Below the pieces are notes generated by a model. The model was not told where the DNA came from, ran no database searches, and saw nothing but the letters and a program-made list of their open reading frames with translations. A DNA stretch of 62,974 nucleotides, counting the filler, from Octopus bimaculoides (Eukaryota), in the NCBI RefSeq assembly GCF_001194135.2. It is 7 parts of 7 records of this genome, joined end to end, with 100 filler letters (N's around TTAATTAATTAA, not from the genome) between each part and the next. Parts side by side here need not be neighbours in the genome. Positions count along the whole stretch, not along the records: positions 48,218 to 62,974 come from NC_069009.1; 6 more parts are not named here. One strand, 5' to 3'. Within the stretch, counting starts at the first letter, position 1. Each line of letters starts with the position of its first letter. The translations under genes and the position numbers were made by a program. This document shows, in pieces, positions 62,363 through 62,974 of this stretch.

Positions 62363-62441
62363 ATTACATCAGAGAGATTATAGGTGGCGTTGTTGGTGGT
62401 ATTGCTGTGGTCATTATTGTCTTCCTGGTTGTAATCTACAG
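62363..62441 (+). CDS. Gyc32E: Receptor guanylyl cyclase coding exon 9 (transmembrane helix)
   Basis: tttcacAG|(N)YIREIIGGVVGGIAVVIIVFLVVIY-AG|GTgagt; 79 nt, phase 1-2. Confidence 0.93.
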
Positions 62442-62728
62442 GTGAGTTATCCATTCGTTATACCTTGATGTAGTGGCTTTCATTCATTTGTGTTTGTATA
62501 TATAAATTAATAGATGGTTATAATTATATATATGTATATATATATATGCATTTATAACTTTGTATGTGTGGGTGTGTACATATAGAAATGTATATGAATG
62601 ATGAATATCTTGGCCACCAATGCTACCATGCCCACCACTTCCTACTTTTGAATCTAAATCCCTCCTTTATGGCCCCTTTTCCTTACCTTCTTTCTCTCTC
62701 TCTCTCTTTCTCTTTCTCTCATTGACAG

Positions 62729-62837
62729 GAACTGGAAGTATGAGCAGGACCTTGCCAGCCTCTTGTGGAAGATTGACTACAAGGAGATCACGTTTCGCGA
62801 GCCCCTGGGGACCACTCCCACACAGAATTACACAAGG
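62729..62837 (+). CDS. Gyc32E: Receptor guanylyl cyclase coding exon 10 (cytoplasmic juxtamembrane); gene continues past the window
   Basis: ttgacAG|(R)NWKYEQDLASLLWKIDYKEITFREPLGTTPTQNYTR|GTaggt; YRxWxYEQxLxSLLWKID motif of invertebrate receptor GCs. Confidence 0.93.
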
Positions 62838-62974
62838 GTAGGTGGTAGAATCTATACATATATATATAGATTCAAGGTGAATATGGTATTTAAGTTTAGG
62901 CACCAGAATTAAGTATGGTTCAAAATAAGCAACAAGGATATCCAAAGTTAATGACTAGAATTAATTACTAGCCT

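Overview
AT-rich, microsatellite- and gap-ridden animal genomic DNA. The SINE, RTE and Tc1 repertoire looks like a coleoid cephalopod, probably Octopus (inference). Main gene: a + strand receptor guanylyl cyclase of the Gyc32E/ANP-receptor type. Ten coding exons (51167-62837) join in frame with GT-AG boundaries, giving signal peptide, ANF-receptor ectodomain, TM helix and juxtamembrane; the kinase-homology and cyclase domains lie beyond the window. Its first coding exon adds about 800 aa between signal peptide and ANF domain, including about 13 exact-phase 32-aa repeats rich in N-glycosylation sequons and 8 x 18-aa repeats. At the window start, a 21-bp tandem repeat reads as a Pro/Thr/Ser mucin-like exon on the - strand. 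The rest is TE debris: RTE and CR1-like LINEs, two Tc1 elements, mariner, MITEs, Penelope-like RT and GIY-YIG fragments, and SINEs. It includes several Penelope-type minimal hammerhead ribozyme motifs (one downstream of a tRNA-derived head), a 128-bp near-perfect hairpin just upstream of the cyclase's large exon, and a tandem tRNA-like unit in intron 8. Most short ORFs in the track are microsatellite or N-gap noise. All family assignments come from motif recognition, not database searches.
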